Assembly: GCA_964016885.1 (NCBI GenBank)
Contig: OZ024740.1
Location: 325,934,001 to 325,998,000 of the forward strand
DNA: 64,000 nucleotides
Direction of reading: 5' to 3'
Origin: Eledone cirrhosa
Lineage: Eukaryota
Under the pieces are notes generated by a model. The model had not been told where the DNA came from, did not search any database, and saw nothing but the letters and a program-made list of their open reading frames with translations. How positions within the stretch are numbered: position 1 is the stretch's first letter; the number at the start of each line of letters is the position of its first letter. The translations under genes were made by a program, and so were the position numbers. Of the stretch, positions 26,341-39,766 are shown one piece after another.

Positions 26341-26814
26341 TACTAATGCATGTTTAGCCATTTTCTTTGTGGTCAGAGCAAGAAGTGTCAAAACTAAGTT
26401 CGTCAGCTTACCAAATTGTAAGTTGAAATTTTTGAAACATGTGGGCGCATAACGAGGAGAAGGACACACATTGTAGATTTAGCCTATAGCGCTAAATATC
26501 CTGATACTGGCTCTGATGTTGAGAGGTGAATAGTGTGGACTATGTAGTGGAATAGGCAGGCTTAGTAGCTGTCTTAGTCTAGTCATAGCATGAGTCAATA
26601 ATTAGGATCGTTGAAATTATTTTATTTGTGAGAATGAGGACGCATAACTGGGTAAAGGCGACGCACATTGTAAAGTTAACTTAGATCGTTAAAGACCCAA
26701 GAGTCGGCTCTGTGTACAACCTTAGAATGAAGTTCAAAATTATTCATAAAAATTACCAAAAATGACTGCAATCTAGATATTTCTCTTAAAGTTCTATATA
26801 ATTACTTTCTCTAG

Positions 26815-27045
26815 TAGGAGCCTGGTGCGTTGGCCTACCACCCAGGCTCTGCTGCTAGCCAAACCGAAGAGGGCAAACTGTCCAAGTACCAGCCGCTCTT
26901 TGATAGGTTTGTGGTAGAGCCTGTAGCAGTGGATACTTCCAGCGTTCTTGCCCCCCGGACCTCATTCCTGCTCCGCGAGGTTGAATGGCTGTTCCAGCGC
27001 GTCTCCTTTTCCGTTTTCCTGTCGGCCGGGACCGGAGAGGATACT
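26815..27045 (+). mobile_element. RLE-clade (CRE-like) non-LTR 3' fragment
   Basis: AASQTEEGKLSKYQPL..FVVEPVAVDTSSVLAP...WLFQRVSFSV is homologous to the 2319-2510 peptide. Confidence 0.7.
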
Positions 27046-27316
27046 AATTCATGTCACACATACACACACACTATAAATTTATCTCTGATAGGTGATCTAA
27101 CCCCAAGGTTACTAATATATTTTCGTATTTATAAAAATATAAACAACGTATTTTCAATCTGAATTCTTTTTAGCATGTACTGGTTTCAGTCATTATACTG
27201 GACTGCGGTCATATTGTGGCATTGTCATGAATTGATTTAATCGCTCATATTTTTTAAAGTCTGATATATATGTCGAACCACTAAATTATGTAATGAGCCT
27301 CTGTGAGGTCTGCATC

Positions 27317-27496
27317 AAGTGCTAGATTTACCATTGTGCTTAGGTGTGCTTATGCACAGGGCCCCGTTGGTCAGAGAAGGGGGTTGGTAGGAGGGGGGGG
27401 GGCATCCTCCTGCCAAAATATTTTTACAATGAATTTTTCAAATATTCATAACTTAACTAGCACAACAGGGCCTCATTTGTCCTAAATCCAGCACTG
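27317..27496. mobile_element. hAT-like MITE (TIR ~CAGTGCCGGATTTA)
   Basis: agtgctagattta...taaatccagcactg with internal gggccc sites. Second copy at ~42940-43102. Confidence 0.65.
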
Positions 27497-27879
27497 TCTG
27501 CGCCCCCAGACAGATGCCTAGTTTGCCTTAATGGTAGCACCAATCCTGCACATATATATACTTATATCAATTATATATATATATATAATACGTTTAGATG
27601 TTTCCACATCGCTGCTACGCGACAATGATATTTAGTGATTTATTTATTGATCGCAGCCAGTTAATTATATTTTTTATTTAATTATATAAATTTGTATAAA
27701 GCTGTGATCATTTAAGGTTCAGTAATGCGCCACACTGGGGTTTGTACCGTTGGTAGCTGTCTCGTTGACTTTAATGGTAGTCCTGGTTACACACATTGCC
27801 AGAAATATAGTTTTACTTTAATTTCCAACGAAAATATATATATACTTTCACTTTTAATGTATTCACTCTGTCTTATTTT

Positions 27880-28414
<535 letters not shown>

Positions 28415-28959
28415 TACATTCAAAAGTTACAGACGGTAATTTCATAAACAAATTCATTGAACATATTGCGTTATTTCCACTCGCACCACCATAACCATCA
28501 TCACCATCACCATTACCACCATCACCAGCTTAACCATCACCATCATTACCACCATCACCACCATTAACACTATAACCATCACCACCATCAACACTCACCA
28601 TTACCGCCATCAACACCATCACATCCCTACCATCACCACCACCAACATTACCACCGCCGCTGCCACCACCACAACCACCGCCAACATTACCTCCGCTGCC
28701 GCCACCATCACAACTTCCCACCACCACCACCAACATCGCCACCACCACAGCTCCCACTACCACTGCTACCAACAACAACATCGCCACCACAACCACCAAA
28801 ACCAACTCCACCACCACAACCAATACCAACAACAACAACGGTACTTTTGTGTGTCACCAGGTCGACAAATGGTTGGAACCAGTTCGATAATTACAACAAC
28901 AGTAACCATAACAACGACCGTCTGCAAACAACAACAGTAACAATTGTTGACATGAGATG

Positions 28960-30365
28960 ATAGCTTCTACATGGTTACTTGACCTGCTAGAAATAGCAGT
29001 CAATGACTAAGAAAAAAGTCAACACGAACAGCGAACGAAGGAACCTCGAAATGGTTGGTTCACTATGCTAGAAACAGCAGTCAAATCTGCAAACTCAACA
29101 ACCACCGTAGCACCTGTTGATGAAAGTGCTCGATATGGTCGTTCAACCGGTTAGAAATAGCAGCCAAAGATTGCAAAAATCAACAACAACGAACAGAGAA
29201 GTGTCTATGTGGTCGTTTGGCTTGCTAGAAATAGTCAAAACCTACACAAATCAACATCAACAACAGCAATACCAACAAACGAGAAAACCGCTATGTAATC
29301 GCTTAATTTGCTGGTAATAGCAGCTAATATCTGCAAACGCAACAACAGTAGCACTTATTTACGCAATGCCTTCTTTGTGGTTGCTCAATCAGCTAGAGAT
29401 AACAGCCAATGTCTACAAACGCAAAAACAACAATAGCAAACGAAGGAACAGCTGTAAGGTCGTTCACCCTGCTAAAAATAGCAGCTATATCTCCCTCAAA
29501 ATCATACGTTAGCGTATAGAAAAAAAGAAGGAAAGGACATAGTGGATAATGTAGTGCTCTTTACAGTATGCTCGAGAAAAATATTGGATGGTCATAGCTG
29601 GAACGTCTTTGGTGTTTGGTCTTTGGTTTGTTCTGCTCAATCACAGCTGGTCTGGCCTGTGGTTAAACAACAACTGTCACACTTGTTGATAAGGGAGCGA
29701 CTATATTATCACTCAACCAGCAAGAAATAGCAGCCAATCGTAACACCAACAATAGTAACACTTGTTGACAGGGGAACCTCTACAGAGAACGTGAGTTCTA
29801 CTAGAAATAGCTGCCAACGTCGGCAAAAACAACAGCGAATAATGAAGCCTCTATGTAGTCATTCGCGTTGCTAGAAATAGCAACCAACGTCGGTAAACGT
29901 AACATTTGTTCACGAGGGCGCCTCTATGGGGCCATTAGCTCTGCTAGAAATAGTAGCTAAGATTGTCAAACGCAAGAACAACAAGAACGATAACAACAGC
30001 TGCAACGAGCAAGGGAGCCTTTATGTAGTCGTTTAACTTGCTAGAAATAGCAGCTAATGTCTGCAAACGTAACAATAATTTATTGATGCGGAATCCTCTA
30101 CATAGTCACTCAACCAGCTAAAAAATAACAGCTAAAGTCTACAAAAATCAATAACAACATGGATCACAAAACCCATACCAAATGAAGGAAACACCATGTG
30201 GTCGTTCACTCAACTAGAAATAGCAGCTATATCTCTCCCAAATTATACGAATATCATCGGTCACAGCTGGAATGTCATTGGTCTGTTCTGCTCAAACGGG
30301 TCTTCATGTGGTCGCTCGGATAGCTAGAAATAGCAGCCAAATCTCCCTCAAATCATACGCTAACG
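28960..30365 (+). repeat. Degenerate array of ~15 units (mostly ~70-110 bp) with conserved hairpin GCTAGAAATAGCAG
   Basis: Motif at ~28984, 29066, 29150, 29223, 29310, 29391, 29469, 29718, 29800, 29868, 29941, 30038, 30116, 30213, 30322. Confidence 0.85.
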
Positions 30366-30594
30366 TCATACTAGATACTACTACTGATGCTGCCGTTGTT
30401 GCGGCTACTACTACTACTACTACTACTACTACATCTACCATTATCATAAATACCACTCGCCTACCACCACCACCAGCATCACGACGACCACCATCACCAT
30501 TGACAACACTACCACCATCATCAATATCACCACCAACATCACCAATACGACCACCACCACCGCTAGCAGTATCATCACCACCACAACCACCACT

Positions 30595-30629
<35 letters not shown>

Positions 30630-30649
30630 TGTAGACAACACTACTACTC

Positions 30650-31160
30650 CGTCTAGTAATAGGCCCAAACTAGATGTAAAGTGTAGCTCCCAAGGTTGCT
30701 TATAAGTCCTCGCCTTATGTAGAATGTAGGTTCTCAAAGCTGATAATAGCTCAGACGAGATGTGAGACATAGTCCCCCAAAGCTGGTAATAGGCCCTAAC
30801 CAGATGTGAAATGTATCCCCCTACCTCACCCCCAGCTCATGTTATATGTAGGCCTCCAAAGAGGGTAATAGTCCCAAGCCAGATATGAAATGTAGGCCCT
30901 CAAAGCTGGTAATAGGCCCTGGCCAGATGTGAAATGTAGATCTCCCTCCCAAAGCTGGTAATAAACCCAGGCCAGATATGAAATGTAGGCCCTCAAAACT
31001 GGCAATAGGTCCCATTTAGATATGAAATGTAGGGCCCCAAAGTTAATAACTGGCTCAGGTCAGATGTGAAATGTAGGCCCCAAAAGCTGGTAATAGGCCC
31101 AGTTCAGATGTGAAATGTAGGCTTCCAAAGCTGGTATTAGCCCCAGACCAGATGTAAACT
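30650..31160 (+). repeat. ~41-bp degenerate minisatellite (ggtaataggccc..ccagatgtgaaatgtaggccc.caaagct), ~11 units
   Basis: Direct reading. The same family recurs at 61105-61326. Confidence 0.85.
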
Positions 31161-31674
31161 GCTCATTAAAGAAAGGAGCCAATCGTCAAGCCGATTCAAG
31201 GAAGCATTGGTCTTTTCATTGCTGACACTATCTGCCAGTCGCAACTCCTGGCAGAAGGAACGAGATTTGAACTCAGAACTGACAGAGGCGAAACAGATAC
31301 CGCAAAGCATTCTATTCGGTTCTTTATCATTTCCGCCAATCCACCGCTCCATGACCGATACTCTATTTATCGACCACGAAAGGATGAAAGGCAAATTCGG
31401 CCTCGGCAGGATTTGAACTCAGATCGCCAGAACAAATTTGAAGCATCTAATCTGACGCTCTAACGACTTTAGTATGTATGTATGGTCTCATAACTTCTGG
31501 ATGGGTCGTAGGAGCGCTGGATTGACATTCTGAGTCTCTTGGGGCATTTTTTAAACCTGGCAGAGAACCGAAACAAATACTGCAAAGCATTCTATCTGAC
31601 GTTCTAACGACTCGGCTAATTCGTCGTCTAATATTTTAATTACCTGTGCTAAACACGTCGTTTGAATATAAGTT

Positions 31675-32060
31675 GTGAAGGCGCGCAGCTTTGAGATTAG
31701 GGTGTTTGGCTGACAATCGTAAGGTCATGAGTTCGATTCTTGGCGGTGCGTTGTGTCCTTCAGCAAAATACTTTATTACGCGTTGCTGCAGCTCTCTCAG
31801 TTGGTAAAAATGAATTGTACCTGTAATTCAAAAGACCAGCCATGTCACACACACACTACGTTAAGGGTGCACGTGTTTGTGGAATGCTCAGCTACTTACA
31901 CTACAGTACAAGATAGACTGTACTTGTAATTCCAAGGATCAGCCTTGTTACATAAACACTGTGTCACACTGAATCTTCCTGAGAATTATGTAAAGGGTAC
32001 ACGGGTCTATGAAATGATCACCATCTTACACGTTAATTACATGACGGAGGTTCAACGACA
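31675..32060 (+). mobile_element. tRNA-derived CORE-type SINE
   Basis: gtgaaggcgcgc...gagttcgattct...gttgtgtccttcagcaaaatactt followed by two body units. Confidence 0.75.
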
Positions 32061-32129
32061 AAAAAAGAAAAAACATGTAATGTATACGATATACTTACAT
32101 GTAGGATGCAGGTTACATATATATCTATA

Positions 32130-32542
<413 letters not shown>

Positions 32543-33026
32543 ATTAAATAAATGGAAAACTATATTTATAAAACCATATTTATTTCATTATATATATTTC
32601 GGGGATATCATATTAACAATATGCTATGCCTTCATCAGACAAAATACAATATAAACAGTTTTATAGATAAATATATTCGACATACCGTAATAAACATCAA
32701 CTTCATTTGAAGAGGTTCACTCTAGCAGTGAAAATACAGAGAGAAAGAAAGAGAGAGAGAAAAGAGGGAAATAAGAAAGAAAGAAAGACGAAACGAAGAA
32801 AAGGAAGAAAAAGAAGAAAAAGAAGAAATGCATGGGACAAAATAGAGAGATGGAAAAATAGATAAAGCGAAGAGCTTCATGTAAAGAGACCGAAAGAGAT
32901 ATATATATATATATAGAGAGAGGAAATAGAGATAGATACATATATAAATATAGATATAGTAAATAAGGCACTAAATTACGCATTCAAACATAAATAGAGA
33001 TAGATACATATATAAATATAGATATA

Positions 33027-34430
33027 GTAAATAAGGCACTAAATTACGCATTCAAACATACGGACCTAACTAGCAAAGAAATGCATATTATATTATCGGC
33101 TAGGAAAACTTTGATAGAATTTGATGACAAATTATGGACCAGAGCAGATAGAGATAGCAATTTTGACATAACTATGGGATCTTCCGACTCAGCTCAAGTA
33201 ACTGACCTTGTGGGCTTATTTTTAATCAATTCGCTACATAGGAAAATACCTGGTACTACCGGAGGTTTATATAGGGATGACATGCTTTTACTCATTAATA
33301 ATAATAACCCTGAACTAAATAGAAAATGTAAACAAATTACAAAATTTTTTAATTACTTTAACCTTAAAATAGAAATTGAGAACAACCATAGAATAGTCAA
33401 TTTCCTAGATATAACATTAAATCTCAACACATGTCTCCACTATCCTTTTCACAAGTTGAATGAAAACTTAAACTATGTCAACTTTAACTCTAACCACCCC
33501 AGATCTGTCAAAAACACTATAGTAAACTCAGTCCAAAAGCGTATCTCTAGGATCTCGTCGAATAGAAAGATTTTTGACGAAAAGGCCCAATACTATAATG
33601 ATGCACTAGCTAGGGCAGGGTATGCTGATAAGATTGTGTACATAGATAATGATAAACAAACTAAACAAAGTAACAACTTTTTTAATTATGGCAACAACAT
33701 TAACAACTATAATAGAAAGCATTACAATAATTCCAAAGGACAAAAAAGAAATAGAACTAGGAACATAATTTGGTTTGCCCCCCCTTTCTCACTAAACATT
33801 AAAACCCACATCGCTAAATTATTTTTCAAAGCTCTTGATAATCGCTTCCCTAGAACACATAGGTACCACTCAATCTTCAATAGGCATACAATTAAATTAA
33901 CCTATTCATCCACCAAAAATTTAGCACAAAATATTAATAGAATAAATAATAGGAACTTAAAAACTACTGATAATAGCATAAATAATATACAAGTTAACAA
34001 ATGCAACTGTAGAGATAGATCTAAATGTCCGTTAAATAACAACTGCTTAGTTAAAAATATAGTATACAATTGTAATGTTAATACTGACTCTAATTCTTTT
34101 AACTACGTCGGTTCCACATCGACGGAATTTAAACTTCGCTATAATAACCACAAGAATTCTTTCACAGATCCAAATAAAAAATCTTCAACGGCACTATCAG
34201 GTGTACTCTGGCAACTTAAGCTAGATAACGTTAGATATTCGACGGCTTGGAATATAGTCTCAAGAGGGATTCCTTTTAATTCATCCTCTGAGACATGTGA
34301 CCTCTGCGCAGAGGAGATATTCTTTATACTAAAATCTAAAAATTCCCTTAACCTACGGACAAATTTATTCAGTTGTTGCAAACATAGATTAAACTCAACG
34401 TTTAAATATAAATTTAAATTTAAAATGTAG
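33027..34430 (+). CDS. PLE reverse transcriptase (C-terminal part) + Cys linker + GIY-YIG endonuclease, N-terminally truncated but uninterrupted
   Basis: FDITMGSSDSAQVTDLVG, GLYRDD, VNFLDITLNL, SNHP, IIWFAPPFS, CNCRDRSKCPLNNNC, NIVY...YVGST...FKLRYNNH, CDLCAEE...LNLR...CCKH. The frame extends upstream of the annotated ATG (VNKALNYAFKHT...). Confidence 0.9.
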   Translation, partial: VNKALNYAFKHTDLTSKEMHIILSARKTLIEFDDKLWTRADRDSNFDITMGSSDSAQVTDLVGLFLINSLHRKIPGTTGGLYRDDMLLLINNNNPELNRKCKQITKFFNYFNLKIEIENNHRIVNFLDITLNLNTCLHYPFHKLNENLNYVNFNSNHPRSVKNTIVNSVQKRISRISSNRKIFDEKAQYYNDALARAGYADKIVYIDNDKQTKQSNNFFNYGNNINNYNRKHYNNSKGQKRNRTRNIIWFAPPFSLNIKTHIAKLFFKALDNRFPRTHRYHSIFNRHTIKLTYSSTKNLAQNINRINNRNLKTTDNSINNIQVNKCNCRDRSKCPLNNNCLVKNIVYNCNVNTDSNSFNYVGSTSTEFKLRYNNHKNSFTDPNKKSSTALSGVLWQLKLDNVRYSTAWNIVSRGIPFNSSSETCDLCAEEIFFILKSKNSLNLRTNLFSCCKHRLNSTFKYKFKFKM

Positions 34431-35520
34431 TATATTTAGTTTGATTTATATTTATATGAGAACTAGCCGATAAATCTTTTGATTCCTAAATCTTTGATTC
34501 CCTCTTTTTACTGTTTATTTTATTGTATTTATTTTTATTTTTATTTTTTATTTTTATTTTTATCTAAACATTCCTCATGAAAAATTAAGCTACCCTAAAA
34601 GCCGATGCTCCAAATTTTATGAATTAACCTTACACTTGATAAACTTATATATTAAATATAGGAACATATGTAGACATTATTGGACATCATAACCTTTTTT
34701 TTTTTGCGATATTCCTTGCTAGATGTGATTTGATAGATAATTTTTGGCTTTGTCTTGTAGTGAACTTGGCAATATATTGTCAATTAACCTTGAAGGGTTG
34801 TTCTTTGTGGTTTATTTTTTATTTTTATTTTTATTTTTATTTTTATTTTTATTTTTATTTTTATTCTTTTAGTATTGTAGTATTCTATAATATTTTTATA
34901 TTTTTATTTTTTATTTTTTATTTTATTTTATTTTTATTTTTAATATTTTTATATGTAAAGTTTTAATACGTAATAATTTTAAAACATAGTATTTTTAATA
35001 TGCAATATTTTTATTATGTAATATTCTTTCGTAATATTCTTTTTTAGTTTTCTATTCTATATTTTTATATTTTTATATATTTTTACTTATTATCATTATT
35101 ATTGTTATCTCTGCTTATAATATAATATATATTTTCGATTAGTATATTGAAATCTGCTCTCTATTTCTGCTTGATAGATAATCTTGTAGAGTAATCGCAA
35201 GAATAATAATACGCTCAAATGTTTATACCACATTGAGAATGTTTTCCGGTAACTTTGAATTTGCGGAGTGAATCAGTTGGATTCACATAGACATATGAAT
35301 TTTTTAAAAAACTAAACATAAGATAATGAATTTTCACGCATTGTGAATACTTGTTTCATTCAGGAATACTGATATTTACAATATAGTGTAAGTTTTATAA
35401 ATACTAATACATTAAAACATAGGGTTTTCTACGCCTCGAATATGTCTGGCTATTTTTAAATTTTTCTCTCTCTATATCTCTCTATATCTCTCTATATCTC
35501 CCTTACATTAATACTTGAGC

Positions 35521-35555
<35 letters not shown>

Positions 35556-35918
35556 ATGCATCATTGATACACTTACTCAAAATGACCTCCCACTACCTAA
35601 TTTTTCTATATCTATATTTATATATGTATCTATCTCTATTTCCTCTCTCTATATATATATATATATCTCTTTCGGTCTCTTTACATGAAGCTCTTCGCTT
35701 TATCTATTTTTCCATCTCTCTATTTTGTCCCATGCATTTCTTCTTTTTCTTCTTTTTCTTCCTTTTCTTCGTTTCGTCTTTCTTTCTTTCTTATTTCCCT
35801 CTTTTCTCTCTCTCTTTCTTTCTCTCTGTATTTTCACTGCTAGAGTGAACCTCTTCAAATGAAGTTGATGTTTATTACGGTATGTCGAATATATTTATCT
35901 ATAAAACTGTTTATATTG

Positions 35919-35984
35919 TATTTTGTCTGATGAAGGCATAGCATATTGTTAATATGATATCCCCGAAATATATATAATGAAATA
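35919..35984 (+). ncRNA. Hammerhead ribozyme of the PLE pLTR (mirror copy on the minus strand at ~32580-32645)
   Basis: tattttgt-CTGATGA(35927-35933)...GAAA(35965-35968)-tatata-TA-atgaaata; palindromic stem III. Confidence 0.75.
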
Positions 35985-36115
35985 AATATGGTTTTATAAA
36001 TATAGTTTTCCATTTATTTAATATTGTAAATATACTCCAAGTATTTGTCGAGTGCTTTTATATCAGTTATAAATATTTACTAGTTGTAACCCAACAATTT
36101 TAAATATAACTTTAC

Positions 36116-36149
<34 letters not shown>

Positions 36150-36344
36150 ATATATAAGTATGTATACGTACATACATATATGTATACAAACGTACAGTAG
36201 TATGTATATATATATACATACATGCACACACATATATATACGTACGTATGGGTTTACCGAACATTAAACAAACAAACAGCTCGAATTACGCCGTACAGTG
36301 TTCGGCAACCATCGTCGCCTTTTTGTTCAAGACTGACACAGGAA

Positions 36345-36385
36345 CGATGTACTAGTTTCAAGCTTATTAGCTATCGTCAGCACCG
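36345..36385 (-). ncRNA. Minimal hammerhead ribozyme (sister of 21191-21231)
   Basis: Minus strand: cggtg-CTGACGA-tagctaataagctt-GAAA-ctag-TA-catcg. Confidence 0.8.
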
Positions 36386-36457
36386 TATACCTTCCTATCA
36401 GATGATTGAACGTTTGAAAGTATATACTTTCCTTGTGCATATTAACGGCTGAAGTAT

Positions 36458-36528
<71 letters not shown>

Positions 36529-36666
36529 TGTGTGTATATACTTCATTTTTGTATTTCTTTTGCAAGATTTATTATCTGAAAACGTATTGAAACAGACAGT
36601 GTTATACTTTGGGAGGGTCATGCTGCCAATAAGAACACACGCACCTGTTAGTTTCCACTTGAATTT

Positions 36667-39316
36667 CACCGTGTAACATATGTTTTGTTCCCCGGTTCTA
36701 AGTGTCATTTCCTGGTTTGTTATATCCCATTATTATTAAAAAAACACTATTATTTAAAAAGAAGTTTGGGTTTGTGGTCAGGAGTTTGATATTTCGAAAT
36801 TTTCATATTTTTCAAGAAAAAACACATTTTTTTAAAATTTATCAGTTCATATAATTAAATCAACAGAGTATATATTTATTTTATTACACAAGCTTATCAA
36901 AAAACAAACAAGTAAAAACAAATAACACTTATAAAGCAACTTATGCACGTCAGAAATGACTGGATTTCCTGGATTTGCGGTTGTAGTCCAGGTCGCATTC
37001 CCGCACTAGCCCCCAGATATAGTCCCCCATCATTTTTTCATTGTAGTGGCCCTGGTACCTCCGCTCTATCTCTTTCACATCTTGGTGGAATCGTTCGCCT
37101 TGTTCTTCTGAGTAGGCGCCCATATTGTCCTTGAAGTTTTCCAGGTGAGCGTCCAGCATATGGAGTTTAAGCGACATCCTGCATCCCATGGCGCCAAAAG
37201 CCTTTATCAGATCCTGCACCAGTTGCTGGTAGTTTTCAGCTCTGTAGTTGCCCAGGAAGCCCTTAACAACTGCCTTGAAACAGTTCCATGCTGTTCTCTC
37301 AATCCTATTGAGCTTATTGGAGAACTCGTTAGACTCAAACACCTTCTTTATATGAGGTCCAACAAAAATTCCACCTTTGATTTTGGCCTCAGATAACTTG
37401 GGGAAGAACTCAAGAAGGTACTTAAAAGCAGCTGATTCTTGGTTGAGAGCCTTCACAAACCGCTTCATCAACCCCAAATTAATGTGCAGTGGCGGCATGA
37501 GCACAATCCTGAGATCAACCAATGGCTCCCACATGACGTTCCGGGTCCCTACTACAAATTCTGTTCGCTGCTCCCAGTTCTTTCTTTTGTAGTGGTCAGA
37601 GGTGGCTCTGCTGTCCCAAAGGCAGAGGAAGCATTGGAATTTGATAAAGCCTCCTTGGAGTCCAAGCAGGAAAGCCACCATCTTGAAGTCTCCAATGATT
37701 TCCCAATTGTACTGGTTGTATTGCAGAGCTTCCAAGAGGACTTTCACACTGTAGTAATCTTCCTTCAGGCAGACTGATGAGCTAGGGGCAGTGTCGGGAA
37801 CTTGTTTCCATTGTGGAGGAGGGCAGCCTTCAAACTTGTGGTGGAGCTGTCTATAAATAGCCGCCACTCCTTGGGCACGAACGGCACCCCAATAACGTCA
37901 AACAGTCCAGGCTCGTCATGGCAGAAGCAGAGGCCATCCCCAAGAGTGTAAAAGCCTGAGAAAGGTTCGTGTCGACTTCTCTGACTTGTCACCTGCACTT
38001 TCTTCTTGACCAAGTTCCACTGCTTCATCCTGGAGACGAATAGCTCTGCATTGGACTTGGTCAAACCCATATCCCTGACCAAGTCATTGACTTCTTTTTG
38101 GTTTGGGAAGTGAGGAACTTTTTCTGGTACCTCAGGCAGGTAATCCAAGTCCTCAGCATCCATCTCCTCTTCTTCATCAGAATACTTATCTTGGACTTCA
38201 TCTGGAGCAGGTGGCACTGGCACGGGATATTTGGAGCAGTGAAGAATTGGAGCAATTGATGATGGAAGATCTGGATAATCTACATCAGCAGCATTCTTTC
38301 CTTTCCGCCGCCTGCTAACATCCACCATGCAAAAAAAGCAGTTTGTGGCGTGGTCTGTTGGCTCTAACCAGACCAGTGGGTTGGAAAATTTCAGGGACCT
38401 TTTCTCACCTCGCAGCCACCCTTCCAGCGGCTTCTTACAGTGCTCACAACAGTAGTGAGGGGCCCAGGGTTTGTTCTGGTCCCCAACTGGCATCCCGAAG
38501 TACTTCTGGTAGGCTTCACAAAACTTCGCCGACGTTTCCAAGGAGAATTTTTTGCCTCTTTTCTTTATATACTCACCGCATATAAAACAGAAAGAGTCAG
38601 GGTGGTGCCGGCAGCCTCTTGAAACCATTCTAAAAATATAGAAATACATGCAGTCAGAAAATATAGATCTGAAAGTATAAATAAAAACATGTTAAATGAA
38701 CATACATGTATAAAATAAGTAGGGTAATTCAAGCTAAAGTCATCAAATTTTGAAAACAAAAATTAATATTTAGCACCAAATTGCAGTGCAGTTCAATGAA
38801 AGAAATGTTTAATTACAAGTCTAATGTCATGATCGAAACCTAAAATACAAAATAAATTTGATATGCAATACAAAATAAATATTGGAAAGGGAAATACATA
38901 TTTAAATAATATAAAAGAACACTAATCATACTAATGAAAATTCGTGCTTAAAACACAACTTACCCTTTATTCAGGGTGCGAAAATCCAGTATCAATAAAT
39001 CTCTTTAATCCACTTTTTAACAATTTTATACTTTATTGCACTTTTATAATTTTCTTTAGGTATTACTCTTTATTTTATAATTTTAATTTAACCTGAGACA
39101 TATATAAAAAAAAATCATTTAACATAAGCAAATTAAACTTACATACAACGTAAAATCCAGCATACAAATAATTCTAGTGAATAGCTTAGAATTTTTACAA
39201 ACCCAAACTTTTAACTGTTTAATAGCACTTTTTTTTATTTATCTGGGACCTAAGCAACACAAAAAAGTAACTACAAGCCAGGAACAGAGAAAATTTTTTT
39301 TTTTTGTTACACAGTG
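36667..39316 (-). mobile_element. Chapaev3-like (CMC superfamily) DNA transposon, full length, 2650 bp
   Basis: TIRs CACCGTGTAACA... and ...TGTTACACAGTG with subterminal tgttcc/ggaaca. 3-bp TSD TTT (36664-36666 and 39317-39319). The empty site reconstructs the PLE terminus seen at ~21645-21663. Family name is from recalled motifs. Confidence 0.85.
36950..38628 (-). pseudogene. Chapaev3-like transposase (~559 aa) with a single 1-bp frameshift near 37777
   Basis: CRHHPDSFCFICGE, GDQNKPWAPHYCCEHC, EPTDHATNCFFC, WRLFIDSS, IGDFK, CFLCLWDSR, PPLHINLGLMK, SEEQGERFHQD. Inserting one T restores LAHSVCLKEDY and joins the two ORFs. Confidence 0.88.
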
Positions 39317-39369
39317 TTTATTATAAATTTCCAATTGGTTAATTTAATAACCTGATGGTTGTTTATTTA

Positions 39370-39416
39370 TTGTCAAAGCTCTTTCGTCACACATTCTGTG
39401 ACCTCTGCAGTGACTA
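39370..39416 (-). ncRNA. Hammerhead motif (sister of 3958-4000), core mutated to CTGCAGA
   Basis: Minus strand: gtca-CTGCAGA-ggtcacagaatgtgtgac-GAAA-gagc-TT-tgac. Confidence 0.6.
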
Positions 39417-39601
39417 ATTTGTTATTGTGTGTCTCTCCTTTCTTCTGCCTTACACCATCATGTTTTTGTCATCATCTGGCTGATGAACGACTAGGTTGAA
39501 ACATCAAAGTTACTGCCACTTTTCAACTTTAGAAATGTATTTCTAGTATTAAGTGCTTATTCAGTTAATGTTTTAAATACAACAGCATTTTCAACACATA
39601 T

Positions 39602-39766
<165 letters not shown>

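Noticed and set aside
28960-30365. CRISPR array or Cas9 sgRNA scaffold contamination (GCTAGAAATAGCA matches the scaffold tetraloop)
   Set aside because: Eukaryotic context, no cas genes, degenerate repeats, mutually related spacers, and the flanking scaffold sequence (GTTTTAGA, AGTTAAAATAAGG) is absent; the 13-nt match is coincidental.
32717-32983. Hydrophobic 88-94 aa ORFs duplicated at 35564-35848
   Set aside because: Pyrimidine-rich pLTR sequence and its inverted copy, not membrane proteins.
33081-34430. Selenoprotein-type PLE (in-frame TGA, as reported for some Naiads)
   Set aside because: The visible ORF has no in-frame TGA and ends in TAG; no SECIS could be supported by eye.
37774-37802. 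CTGATGA inside the transposase region as a hammerhead
   Set aside because: No GAAA or stem architecture follows; it lies antisense to coding sequence and is created by the frameshift deletion.
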